Shown here in pieces: positions 33,456 to 44,020 of a stretch of DNA of 64,000 nt. Both the position numbers and the translations under genes were made by a program. The stretch covers positions 2,080,001-2,144,000 of the forward strand of contig CAWGMQ010000010.1 in assembly GCA_963823665.1 (NCBI GenBank), in the 5' to 3' direction. Within the stretch, counting starts at the first letter, position 1, and the number at the start of each line of letters is the position of its first letter. Source of the DNA: an uncultured Planctomycetota bacterium (GTDB lineage Bacteria; Planctomycetota; Planctomycetia; Isosphaerales; Isosphaeraceae). Below the pieces are notes generated by a model. It made no database searches and was not told the origin of the DNA. It worked only from the letters and a program-made list of their open reading frames with translations.

Positions 33456-33569
33456 GGACTGAGCGTGGACTTTGGCCGCGAGTATCCGCGCAACCAAAAA
33501 TCCCGGGCGTCACGCTAGAGCCTGGACGACGAGGTGTTCCGCAGAGACTCTTTATGGGGCTCGCACGAC

Positions 33570-34820
33570 ATGGCACATCGCTTACTCTTCGCTTCTATTC
33601 ACAGCTACCTCGACCCCTCCAGCGGGGCGGCTCTTGCGACGCGAGAGCTCCTCGAATTGCTGGCAGGGCGCGGATGGGACTGCCGAGCGTTCACTTGCGG
33701 CGTGCTTGACTATCAGAACGAGACGCCTATCGAGAATGTGCTCGCTTCAATCGAGCGGCCGGCTACGCGGTCGGGCACGGCGCTCAGCCTTGGTGGCCAG
33801 GCCGAGATCTTTGACCTACAAGTTGGTGGCGTGCGCGTCACACTGCTGCCCACGTCGTGCAGCCGCGCCGATAAGGCACCCAACCCGCGTGAGGGCGCCA
33901 TGTACATCGACCTCGCCGAGCAGGTGCTGGATCGATTCCGGCCTGAGATTCTGGTGACCTACGGCGGGCATCCGGTCAGCCGTTCTCTGATGCTGAAGGC
34001 CAGGGCCAAGGGTACTGCGGTCGTTTTTCACCTGCACAATTTCGGCTACAACGATCGGCGCGGATTCGAGGACGTCGATGCCATAATCTTCCCGTCAGAG
34101 TATTCACGCCGGCTCTACACGCGCCGGGTCGGTATCGACGGCGTTGTCATTCCTGACCCGATTCGGCTCGAGAAGGTGATCGCCGAGAACCCCGAGCCGC
34201 AATACGTGACGTTCATCAACCCCCAGCCTGAAAAGGGAGCGGCCGTCTTTGCGCGGATTGCGCTCGAGCTCGGTCGACGGCGGCCGGATATCCCGCTCCT
34301 AGTCGTCGAAGGCCGAGGTACCGCTGACGGCCTCGCGGGGTTGCCCGTCGATCTCTCGGGGCTGACGAACCTGCACCGGATGGCGAACACGCCCGATCCG
34401 CGCGATTTCTACCGGGTCAGCCGGGTGGTGCTGATGCCATCCCTCTGGCGGGAGTCGCTCGGCCGCGTGCCGATCGAGGCGATGGCGAATGGCATTCCAG
34501 TACTGGCCAGCGATCGCGGAGCGCTACCCGAGACCCTGGGCGATGCCGGGTTCGTGTTCACGATCCCTGATCGGTGCACACCAGCCAGCAGCGTGGTGCC
34601 AACCGCGCAGGAAGTGGCTCCCTGGGTGGCCGTGATCGAGCGACTGTGGGACGATGCGGAATTCGAGGCCGAGCACCGGAGACGGGCGCTGGCTGAGGCG
34701 AAGCGCTGGGATGTGGACAGGTTGGCCGAACAATACGAGGCTTTCTTCCGCTCATTATGCCAAAGCGAAGTAAAGCGCGCCACCACGCACGCGGTGCGAA
34801 ATATAGTCGTTGGCAATTAG
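33570..34820 (+). CDS. GT4-family glycosyltransferase
   Basis: FINPQPEKG; PSLWRESLGRVPIEAMANGIPVLASDRGALPE. Confidence 0.93.
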   Translation: MAHRLLFASIHSYLDPSSGAALATRELLELLAGRGWDCRAFTCGVLDYQNETPIENVLASIERPATRSGTALSLGGQAEIFDLQVGGVRVTLLPTSCSRADKAPNPREGAMYIDLAEQVLDRFRPEILVTYGGHPVSRSLMLKARAKGTAVVFHLHNFGYNDRRGFEDVDAIIFPSEYSRRLYTRRVGIDGVVIPDPIRLEKVIAENPEPQYVTFINPQPEKGAAVFARIALELGRRRPDIPLLVVEGRGTADGLAGLPVDLSGLTNLHRMANTPDPRDFYRVSRVVLMPSLWRESLGRVPIEAMANGIPVLASDRGALPETLGDAGFVFTIPDRCTPASSVVPTAQEVAPWVAVIERLWDDAEFEAEHRRRALAEAKRWDVDRLAEQYEAFFRSLCQSEVKRATTHAVRNIVVGN

Positions 34821-34894
34821 CGCCCGGTTTGAGAAGCGCGGAGTGGATACCGAGGGTCAGACGAAGCGCCATTCGTCGACGCCAGACATTTGCG

Positions 34895-35635
34895 TTAGAT
34901 TTCCACGAAGGGACCATCTCCCTTCGGATGTCCGCACCCCCGGACCCCGTACCCGGGCTTGGAATAGTGGAAATGGACGGCGGGATCGAGAAATCGGCCT
35001 TCGATCATCAGGTCGGCCTTCACGAAGAAGGCATTCACGCCCCGTGAGTCGGTGGCGACCAGTGAGTATCCCTTCTTGCGCCCGAGACGAGCGAGCGAAG
35101 CAAGGCTGGCACCATAATAGCTCGTCCCATCCCAAGTGTGTTCATGGTTTTCCACCATGACCCACAGCCGTGGCGGAGGGAAGCTCGCGTTGTACTCGAT
35201 CACGACGATCCGGGGATGCCAGTTCTGGATGGCCGCCCAGACCCAGTAGTCGTTGCCGTCGATGTCGATCGAGAGCAGGTCAAACTCTTGGGGGATGTGA
35301 TTCCCGGAAAGGATCTGCTCGATGTTGTCCGAACTCACGCGGGCGCGAATGCACCGAATGCGATCATCTCCGGCGTACGTGCGGCTGAGCCCGTCGAACT
35401 TCGCGCTATTCCCTTCGATGAAGAGGGCGCCCCATCCTTCCTTCAAGGCCAGGCGCGCGCAGTTACATTCGAGGCCGGTTTCGGCCCCGAACTCCACGAA
35501 GAGACCCGTCTTGATACCGACCCTCCGGAGGATCTCCTCGATGATGCCATCTTCGCCATTCTGCGAGTAGACGCGGCGCTCGTGTGCGCGCAGGTCCCCC
35601 GCCACGTCCCGTGCCGCGAAATCGCTATGACCCAT
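34895..35635 (-). CDS. FkbM-like methyltransferase associated with glycan loci
   Basis: YSQNGEDGII, FVEFGA, LSIDIDGNDYWVW, PRIVVIEYN; GAGGAGG RBS. Confidence 0.85.
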   Translation of the reverse strand: MGHSDFAARDVAGDLRAHERRVYSQNGEDGIIEEILRRVGIKTGLFVEFGAETGLECNCARLALKEGWGALFIEGNSAKFDGLSRTYAGDDRIRCIRARVSSDNIEQILSGNHIPQEFDLLSIDIDGNDYWVWAAIQNWHPRIVVIEYNASFPPPRLWVMVENHEHTWDGTSYYGASLASLARLGRKKGYSLVATDSRGVNAFFVKADLMIEGRFLDPAVHFHYSKPGYGVRGCGHPKGDGPFVEI

Positions 35636-36347
35636 GGCATCGACCTCCTCTGTTCTCGAAATGTTCAACAATCGCGTTGTGCGCGGGCCGCACCCGGATT
35701 ATCGTTGCCCGGATTTCGATCAGCACAGGCGCAGACGCCGCCGCACAAGGCACCTTCTCTCCCATGACTTGAACCGTTGTTCTCGAATTCGAAGATACGG
35801 GGACATGAACTAGCCCGATCCGGACACCTCAACAAGCATTGGCTGACACCTCATCCCAGGAGAGCAAAAGGTAGTCAATCGAGTTCGAGAGAGGGAAGCA
35901 ATCCTCGCCTTTTGGCCGTAAACCAAGGCGATCCGACAAGCGGGCAACTCGTTAGCCGCTCTTTCCGCTGCTCGATTTCAGTCGATAGCCGAGACCTCAA
36001 CGGACTGGGTCCTACGCCGCCATGCACTCCATTATGTCATTCGGATTCAGTTTTACCGCGCGCGTCTCCGTCATCCTCCTTGCCCCAAAACGCTCCTTTG
36101 AAACGCACCGAGTCAGGATAAGCTATCTGCAAACGAGCGTGAACCCAGCGCCAGTTCTGTTCAAAGACACTGCTAATGAACCTTCCGACGTCCGGGAAAC
36201 CCGCCATTGCAAGAGGGCCTGCGGGCACCCTACCGAACTGAATCAAGTGGATCTCGATGTGCGAGCTCGGATTCTCAAGCCGGGTCGATTATCCATAAAA
36301 AACGCTTCCTATTTCCTCTAATCGCGTCGACCTGCGAGGGCCGCTCC

Positions 36348-36713
36348 GTGCCTGTCGAAGTAACACCGCTTTTCCGGCGCGATGTTCTCCGCCCTCACCT
36401 CATTTACGTCCATCCGCCCGGCGATGGCAGCGCTGTTCGGGAAACCCTCGCGCGATGATCCCGGCTACTCTGGTATCCTCAGGCTGACACCCTCAAGGAG
36501 CACGAACTTCTCCCCGACGTCCTGACCGACATCCTTTGTGGAAGCCTCGGTTACACTCGAGCCATCGACACCAAGGACCGCTGCACGCTCTCGCGCGAAA
36601 TTCGTCGAAGTAGACGGCAGGTTCGCCGACGCCGTGCTCGGTGAGTTCACTCCCGCGGCGATCTGGCTCTAGTGGCTGTAGAAGGCAAGGGACCTACGGA
36701 CCCATTCGATCGG
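36348..36713 (+). pseudogene. N-terminal remnant of a type IIG/IIL restriction-modification enzyme
   Basis: VPVEVTPLFRRDVL..*..KEHELLPDVLTDILCGSLGY..VEVDGRFADAVLGEF..VEGKGPTDPFDR (D...ExK nuclease motif), with a stop and frameshifts. Confidence 0.65.
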
Positions 36714-36850
36714 AACCTTGATCTATCGATGATGGTTGTCGAGCTTAGATTCTACTTTCCCAGAATGGGAAAATAGGATCGTCCGGCCATAAGTCCCACA
36801 TTGCAATTTGGTTAGGACTATCGAGTCTTGGGTTTTGGGGTTGTCCTCCC

Positions 36851-39016
36851 TCACCTTTGAGTTTCGCCTGGCATCGACTCCAGCAGGGCACGTACGTAAG
36901 CGGCGGCGGTGATCGCTGCGTAGTTCTGCCACGTGTCGTTCTTGGTCATGTCGGCATAGTCGCAGATGCCGCGTACGACGAGGTAACCGATGCCGAATTG
37001 CCATGTCGCATCTTGGATACCCGAGCCTTCCATCTCAACTGCCTTTACGCCGAACTGGTCTCGGAGCAAATCGCGTTTGCTCGGATCTTTCAGCAGAGTA
37101 TTCGCGGAGGCGATGGGCCCAACGAACACCCGCGGCTTGTCGACGCTGCGCCTTGCGTCCGGTGGGTGCGAAACGGACCTGGCGGTGCCGGCGAGGACAT
37201 CTGTCGCAGGATCGGGCCTCATCCATCCCAGTTGTGCCGAGCAGTGGTCGAGCCAGCGGTTCCAGGGCCGCTTACCGAAGTGTTCATCAGCTACCATTGC
37301 GTCGACGGCGGCCAATAACTCGGCGCTTGGGCGATGACCGGCCGCTCGAACTTCTACGGCCTTGTCGGTCTTTTTCCTCTTTGCGGACTGTTTCACAAAA
37401 TCGTATTGAACGACGCCCTTCAGATTTGACACCACAATATCACCAAGACGGACATGGTCCTCGGGCTTCTCCGGATCCGGGATACCGGCTGCGATGCCGC
37501 ACATGATGATGGACTGGATCGATGGGAAATGCGATAAGAGTACGCTTGCCCGGATTGATGCCACATTGTTTCCGATACCGCACTGTGCAATTACTATGCG
37601 GTGCGCACCACCCTGTGATGATGGTATCTCACACCTCCAGTACGTCCCGCCGCCACCCGCCCCAACGATGTTTATTTGCGGAGGTTCTCCGAGAGCTGCC
37701 CGAACTGCGGCGAGCTCGTGCGGTAGGGCCGTGATAATCCCAACTTGCGGCCCGTGGTTGTCGGAAAACTGACGCTTTGAGGCCACTGCTTCGAAAAGCC
37801 CGCCGCATCCTTCAAGGCCCGATAACAGGCGTACCATGTCATCCAATGAGCGTGGGTTGAGTGAGCCAACGTAGTTCTGGAGGTCCGACGAAATTGGTAA
37901 CTCCATCGGCGGCGGGCCTTGTGGCCAGGGAGCAGCCTTAATCATCCTATCGGCTTTCAGAATAGCTGTCATTGCGTCCCCTTCAACGGGACCCGGCGGC
38001 AATCCCTCGAATAGCTTTCGCAGATCGTCGAGAGCAAGACAGGCGTAGACCGTTCGAATCGATCTAAGCTCCGGATCGGATTCAGTTTCGAGTCCACTGA
38101 TCAGACGCCCCAATCGTCCTAGAGCTTCACGAGCAGACAAGAGCCACGGTAGAGCGGCGGAATCCTCGGATCCACAATCGCTTCGTGGTTGGGACGTGTT
38201 CTCAGAGAGCGCTTGGACTACTTCAGACTCCGTTGACTCGAGCGAGGATTGCTTTGCGTTAGTTCGAGTGCGCGAACCGAAGCGCCCGTGCTCGTCCGGC
38301 GAGACCGCTAGACTTCCGTCGGCCCGCAACGGTCGCCTGCTGCCGTCCGTCAAATTGCACGGATTGGGTAATTTCTCGCTCTCGGAAACGTCAAAGCGCG
38401 TCCCGCGAACTCCTTCCCGAATCTCGTGTACGGCGGATTCGAGCGCTGGATAGTCCCCGCGTTCGAGCGTCGGGAAATCCGGGCCCAAGTAAGGACAAAA
38501 AATCCAAGAACGGCGAAGTGATTCAAGCTCTTCAGTCGACCTTATCGAGGGTACAGCCGGTGGGATGCCTTCATTCTCCGCGTCCCTAGCTGCGTCGAAA
38601 CGCCCCTGATCCGGTACCTGGCCTACCTCCTCAGCGAGAAATGCTTCGACGTGGGATCGGGCTGCAGCGAGATAAGCACGCCGTCGTGCTTTCCATAGGT
38701 CCCATTGTTCCGAAAGATACTTGCGCCCATCCGCCTCAATCACGCGATTCCATTTCCACCGCCTGATCAACGAATAAAACACTTGTTCCAAAGGTTTCAA
38801 TCCTATCCGTACACGGACCGGTAGCTCCGCCTTCTCGAGCGTTCCCAACGCAACCGCAAGTCTCCTCGCCTTCTCGGCGCCATCGATTTCCCACTCACTG
38901 TTCATCCGCACGTTTGGATGAAGAAACGATATTTGTAGGAAACCCAAAAACACCCCGGCGTCTTGCGTTAGGTTCTTGACGCTCTGCGTTTGGGTTGTGA
39001 AAGACTCTTCGACCAT
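36851..39016 (-). CDS. Protein with a C-terminal purine nucleoside phosphorylase/MTA-SAH nucleosidase (PNP_UDP) effector-type domain and an unknown N-terminus
   Basis: VGIITALPHE, CGIAAG, VRLGDIVVS, AVEMEGSG, VRGICDYAD, WQNYAA. Confidence 0.88.
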   Translation of the reverse strand: MVEESFTTQTQSVKNLTQDAGVFLGFLQISFLHPNVRMNSEWEIDGAEKARRLAVALGTLEKAELPVRVRIGLKPLEQVFYSLIRRWKWNRVIEADGRKYLSEQWDLWKARRRAYLAAARSHVEAFLAEEVGQVPDQGRFDAARDAENEGIPPAVPSIRSTEELESLRRSWIFCPYLGPDFPTLERGDYPALESAVHEIREGVRGTRFDVSESEKLPNPCNLTDGSRRPLRADGSLAVSPDEHGRFGSRTRTNAKQSSLESTESEVVQALSENTSQPRSDCGSEDSAALPWLLSAREALGRLGRLISGLETESDPELRSIRTVYACLALDDLRKLFEGLPPGPVEGDAMTAILKADRMIKAAPWPQGPPPMELPISSDLQNYVGSLNPRSLDDMVRLLSGLEGCGGLFEAVASKRQFSDNHGPQVGIITALPHELAAVRAALGEPPQINIVGAGGGGTYWRCEIPSSQGGAHRIVIAQCGIGNNVASIRASVLLSHFPSIQSIIMCGIAAGIPDPEKPEDHVRLGDIVVSNLKGVVQYDFVKQSAKRKKTDKAVEVRAAGHRPSAELLAAVDAMVADEHFGKRPWNRWLDHCSAQLGWMRPDPATDVLAGTARSVSHPPDARRSVDKPRVFVGPIASANTLLKDPSKRDLLRDQFGVKAVEMEGSGIQDATWQFGIGYLVVRGICDYADMTKNDTWQNYAAITAAAYVRALLESMPGETQR

Positions 39017-39914
39017 TTAACGACTTGCCTCTCAGTTCGCTGACGAGTTGGAAGAGGTTCGGTCACGGTCCTATTATTCCACAACCGCGCGGAACCTACG
39101 TAATCATCGTATACCTCAACGCGGAATCCCCAGTCTCAACTGCGCATCGAGACAGCGAAGGATCTCATCGCTGAACGCAGACGAACTCCGGAGACAATTG
39201 CCGGTCCTCCATTATGTTGAACCCAAGTTCGTCAATTCGCTCGCGCCAACGGTACACGAAACCGATCATCGCACGGACCCGATCAAGGCATGCTTCGGCC
39301 TGTTGGCGAGTCAGGCGTTACGTTTGCGTACTGTGCACAAATACAGTTTCGGTGTCAATGACTGTACTCGGCGCGCTACCGAACGCGACACCGATCTCCG
39401 GACCTTCATTTCGCCGCGAGCCACGAGCACCGAAAGACCGTCGATCATCATGTGCGAGAATTATTGGTCGTGTGGATAGCCGGCGGCACGAGCGGGTACC
39501 GATTCCGCGTTTCCAATGAGCGCGTGCTATGCACGTCGATCGTTTTAGCGACGGGCTGCTGAGAACTCTGCCGTGAGGCATTCGGCAGGTCGCGGCATTC
39601 GCTGCGGACTCTGCTTCTGCGTGAATCATTTGAGCCGTCCACGCGCTGAAGGAATTATGACGCTTCGATTTGGGCGCGGACTTTGGGCCGTTGCAACGTG
39701 TGTGACTCAAGAGCGTGTCTTTGAAGTCCTCAAAACAATAAAAAAAGGTACGCCAACTTTCGGCTCCCCGCGAGGGAACGAAAGGAGTCGTACCGATCAT
39801 TCGCATCGAACTATCTCACGGACGTGACGGACGAAGATGGCGAATCAAACCGACTCGCTTAGGATGATCGCGATGGCCTTGAAAGTCCGTCACCGCCCGA
39901 TGCAGACCTGTTGA

Positions 39915-40065
39915 CGGCAAAGAGAGAGGAAGAACCGCTCGTACTGTTCGGTCAGCCGCTGCCCATCCCAGCGCTTCGCCTCCGCCAGCCCTTTTCCGGT
40001 GCTCTGCCTCGAATACCGGATCGTCCGACAGCCGCTCAATCACGGCCACCCAGGGCGCCACTTCC
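39915..40065 (-). pseudogene. 3' fragment of a GT4 paralog of 33570..34820
   Basis: EVAPWVAVIERLSDDPVFEAEHR..EAKRWD..EQYERFF aligns with ~34610-34760. Confidence 0.85.
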
Positions 40066-40255
40066 CGTATGGTCGAGACTCGTGATTCGCGGGGTTGCTT
40101 CTCGTGGAATCAAGGAGGTCGCTTGCGGTCGCGGCCGTCTCCTTGTCGAAACACCGTGCTTGATCGCTGCATTGCTCGCTGGACATCGTGGCGAGGGCGA
40201 TCAGTTGATCAAGCCAGCCATCGGTGCCGGCGCTGAACACTCTTTTCCTGCATTG

Positions 40256-40600
40256 TCACGGCTCGCGTTGCTCGCGGCACAGGTAGATATAAGTCGGCTG
40301 GCCGCGCTTGATGGCTGGCCGCAACTCGCCGGTCACGGGATCTTGCTCGACCACCAGGTGCCGCGCCGGGTTATCACGGAATCGCTCGGTAGTGCCGTCG
40401 GCCTTGGCCAGGACGTAAACGCCCGCAGTCGCGTCGTGCGTGAAGGTGAATTGCCAGGGTTCCTCTCCGACCTCGTAGGTGTAGGTCGTGAGCCCTTCAC
40501 CTCCGTCATCGCAGGTGTACCAGAGCATGCGTCTCCCCGGCCGGCCGGTCTGGTCGGCGTCGTGTGGCGTTCGGTCGCTGTCAGGGGAATCAGAATTCAT
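40256..40600 (-). CDS. Conserved 114-aa hypothetical protein, copy 2
   Basis: MLWYTCDDGGEG..FRDNPARHLVVEQDPVTGE..PTYIYLCREQREP and the leader CCCTTTGGAGGAACAACCATG are shared with copy 1. Confidence 0.88.
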   Translation of the reverse strand: MNSDSPDSDRTPHDADQTGRPGRRMLWYTCDDGGEGLTTYTYEVGEEPWQFTFTHDATAGVYVLAKADGTTERFRDNPARHLVVEQDPVTGELRPAIKRGQPTYIYLCREQREP

Positions 40601-40831
40601 GGTTGTTCCTCCAAAGGGCACGGGCGACTCGATCAAAGTGAACATCCCTGGTGCACACTTCCTTCACGTGTGTTCGTTTTTTTTGTGGTTTAGGATCCTC
40701 TCTGACCCAAGCCCCGCCTTCGGCGAGCGCCCAGGCTACGATTGATTGTGAATGCGCTACGCACAAACAACCTGTAGAATCCTCTCTGTTTCCTTCGTTT
40801 CCTCCTGTTCCAAAAAAATGGAGCCCGCGCT

Positions 40832-41236
40832 ATGCACCCGCTTTTCTCCAAAGCAAAAAACCTCACTGGTGAGGTCATTGGGGCCGCTATCGAAGTGCAC
40901 CGGATCATGCGGCCGGGCTTGTTGGAGAGCATCTACGAGCGGTGCCTGGTGCGCGAGCTCGAATTGCGTGGCATTCCAGTGCGTGACCAGCAAGAAGTCA
41001 TCATCGAGTACAAGGAGCTGGTGTTCACGGAGACGTTGAAGTTCGATCTGCTCGTCGACGACTGTCTTCTCGTTGAGCTCAAGGCCGTCCAGGATGTCGT
41101 ACCGATCCACAAGGCACAGTTGCTCAGTTACATGAAATTACTCGACGTGCCGCTTGGTCTCTTGTTCAACTTCCACGAGATCAAGCTCTCGGACGGGGTT
41201 TCGAGGCTGATCCTGCCCGGTGCAAACCAGTCTTGA
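40832..41236 (+). CDS. GxxExxY protein (PD-(D/E)XK-like)
   Basis: IGAAIEVHR..PGLLESIYE, DLLVDD, VELKA, AQLLSYMK, GLLFNF. Confidence 0.95.
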   Translation: MHPLFSKAKNLTGEVIGAAIEVHRIMRPGLLESIYERCLVRELELRGIPVRDQQEVIIEYKELVFTETLKFDLLVDDCLLVELKAVQDVVPIHKAQLLSYMKLLDVPLGLLFNFHEIKLSDGVSRLILPGANQS

Positions 41237-41587
41237 ACATGAGGCAACAGAGTCAACGAAGACCGGAGCGGAGAACGAAGGTTCAACACAAGTGGACCAG
41301 CTTGTCCGATCCCAGCACTTCACGCTGAGCTCGGGGATGGGGACAGCTGTGTCCGGTGAATTCACTGATTTTGAACAGGAGGTAACCGAGTTAACGGAGA
41401 CCGGAGCCGACAACGCAGGTTGAGTTCAAGCATTTATGATCCTTCGAAGGCATTTCCAAATCTCCACCTGGCCAGAGTGGTGCTACGGGAAGATAATCGG
41501 CCGGTCGTGCTCGATTGCCACTGCACAAAGTTCCAACAGGCATTCGAACGAAGCCCCAAAAGGCGCTTCAAGGTCGGGTACGGGCCA

Positions 41588-42150
41588 GCGCCCAGGCTAC
41601 GAGTGATTGTGAATGCGCTACGCACAAACAACCTGTAGAATCCTCTCTGTTTCCTTCGTTTCCTCCTGTTCCAAAATGGACCCCACGTTATGCACCCGCT
41701 TTTCGCCAAAGCAGACAGACTCAAACTCACTGGTATGAGATTACTCGACGTGCCGCTTGGTCTCTTGTTCAACTTCCACGAGATCAAGCTCTCGGACGGG
41801 GTTTCGAGGCTGATCCTGCCCGGTGCAAACCAGTCTTGAACATGAGGCAACAGAGTCAACGAAGACCGGAGCGGAGAACGAAGGTTCAACACAAGTGGAC
41901 CAGCTTGTCCGATCCCAGCACTTCACGCTGAGCTCGGGGATGGGGACAGCTGTGTCCGGTGAATTCACTGATTTTGAACAGGAGGTAACCGAGTTAACGG
42001 AGACCGGAGCCGACAACGCAGGTTGAGTTCAAGCATTTATGATTCTTCGGAGGCATTTCCAAATCTCCACCTGGCGAGAGCGGCGCTACGGGAAAATGAT
42101 CGGCCGGTCGTGCTTAATTGCCACCGCACAAGGTTCCAACAGGCATTCGA
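41588..42150 (+). repeat. Tandem, internally deleted duplicate of the GxxExxY unit (~40727-41550)
   Basis: Same upstream flank and MHPLF start, then a jump to ATTACTCGACGTG. About 300 bp appear identical to ~41137-41440. Confidence 0.9.
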
Positions 42151-42219
42151 ACAGGTTCGCGCCGTTCGCGTCTCGGAAGCAATCGTAAAGCGACTCGGCC
42201 CGTCCGCCGTCCTCGGAGG

Positions 42220-44020
42220 GGGAAGCGAGACACCCACCCTCTTGAGCGGGTTCCTTGTGAAGCCAGGCTCGCGTGACTCTCATTGTTTCGCACCCCGCGA
42301 TTGCTCGGTGCCCTGCGGCATTGCGGCAGACGAAGCGTGCAGCTCGTACTTTACCACGCTCGGCCAGCGAGCGTATGCGCTTGCGTAAATCGCCAGCGCT
42401 TCCACGCGTCGGTTGCTGCGAACCGCTCGATATCGACGGCGTTGCTTCGTCGCTCGCCGCGCGGTCGAACGGAACGACGTTCACCCGCCTCGAATCCAAT
42501 CGAATTCAGCGTCTGCCGCTACGACCAGCGCTAGCGAGCAAGCCACTCACTTACAGAAACGCGACGTGCGCGGCCGCCTTCCCCTGAAGCCAGCGCCGCG
42601 AGCAACGCGGCGCAGCTTGCACAAGCGAGCTCGCTCGACCTGCGGCTTGCTTGAACATGCGACCGAAGTCACGCACCGTGTCCACCCAATTCGATCGGTC
42701 CACTCCCAGCCGGTCCAGGATCGGAGCCAGGTCTTCAGGGATCGCCCCACGCTTGTCCAGCCTCAATTCGCGGCCCGTCCAATCGAGCAGCATGACGTAC
42801 TTTCTGGTCTCGATCGGCAGAAACCCTTGATCCGACGCCCGCGCAGGCAGCGGCCGTTTCGACTCCGCCTGTCGCGGCACGGCCGAGACCGCGGCCGAAG
42901 AGCGAGCAGGTGCCGAACGTCCCGCGCCATCCTCATGGTTGCTCGCGATCGGTTCGCCCGGCGGAACCGTTTCTAACGCTTCAGCCGGCGAGCTTCCGGA
43001 CTGCCCCGTTCTGGAAACGACCTCCGTCTCCCGCAACGTCAGTTCGCACAGCCAGGGATCCGGGCGATCAGAAGTTTCGGCCGAGCTCTCATCGTGCGAT
43101 GAATGGAATCCACCCGGAGGTCCGGCGAAGCTCAGAATGCGGTCACACCCCGACGTGAATTGCGATTCCTCCGGCGTACTGGCGATTCCGGCCCGTATCG
43201 GGTTGAGGTCGACATAGACGCTGCAAGCCAGAAGCGCTGACTCATCGAGAAGCGGCTGCGATTTGAACCGGCCGGCCCAAAATCTGCCGGCGGACTTCTC
43301 TTCGTGATTGGCCGCCCGGGCGACCCATTCGCACAAGCACCTCATGAACCACGATAGACTCGACAGCCGGCCGCGCAGGATCGCCAGCCTGTCAGCGTCG
43401 GCCGTGAGCATCGCCAAGTCGAGGTCGTCGGGTTCTGCTGGCTCGCCCGTAACGTCGTCACGTAGCGGAAATAGCTTGCGCAGCGCAGCGCAACTTCAGC
43501 GTCGGACCACTGCTCGACACTGTCCGGTCGATTGCGGAGCACGAGATGCAGGTGGTTGCTCATAATGGCATAACCGCACACCTCGACGCCGAAGAGTCCG
43601 GCGAGGTGGCGAGGCCGATCGAGAATCCAGGCCTTACGGTGAGAGTAATCACGACCGGAGTAGGTGTCGGTGCCGCAAAGAAAAGCTCTTCGAACGCAGC
43701 GAGCGATGCAGTGATAAACGCCGACGCACTCCTCGTGGACGATGTCGCGGCGGGCAGAGGCAGGCACGTAAGGCTCCATCACCGGGCAGGCGCAGCACAT
43801 TAGCGAATGTATTCACCAGAACAGTAATGGACAAAAATACCAAAAGTGGTACGGGTGTCAAGGGCGTAACGAAAAAACTCGACGGCGAGGACAGCATGCT
43901 CGGAGCTAACCAGGAGTTGCGCGGGTCACTACCGCAACTCCTCCGGGACGACCCCGGTGGTGGCATCTGGACCTGCATGCCAGCTTCCCATGAGATCAAT
44001 TCATGGGTGTCTGCCATCCC
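42220..44020 (-). mobile_element. RAYT element copy C, the most complete; transposase 42551..43767 with one frameshift near 43483
   Basis: VYHCIARCVRRAFLCG, MSNHLHLVL (HUH), YVDLNPIRAG (catalytic Tyr); inverted REPs at both ends. Confidence 0.9.

Noticed and set aside
35882..35935. Possible degenerate tRNA 3' half / att site on the minus strand
   Set aside because: No intact TTCGA T-loop, acceptor stem or CCA could be built; the resemblance is too weak to call.
39150..39320. Minus-strand LTRQQAEACLDRVRAMIGFVYRWRERIDELGF, a possible decayed small gene
   Set aside because: No start codon or RBS, flanked by stops, and the family cannot be verified by eye.
39711..39840. Possible IS5-family left-end remnant (GAGCGTGTCT...; YLTDVTDE)
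   Set aside because: Only ~10 codons of resemblance and no second end.
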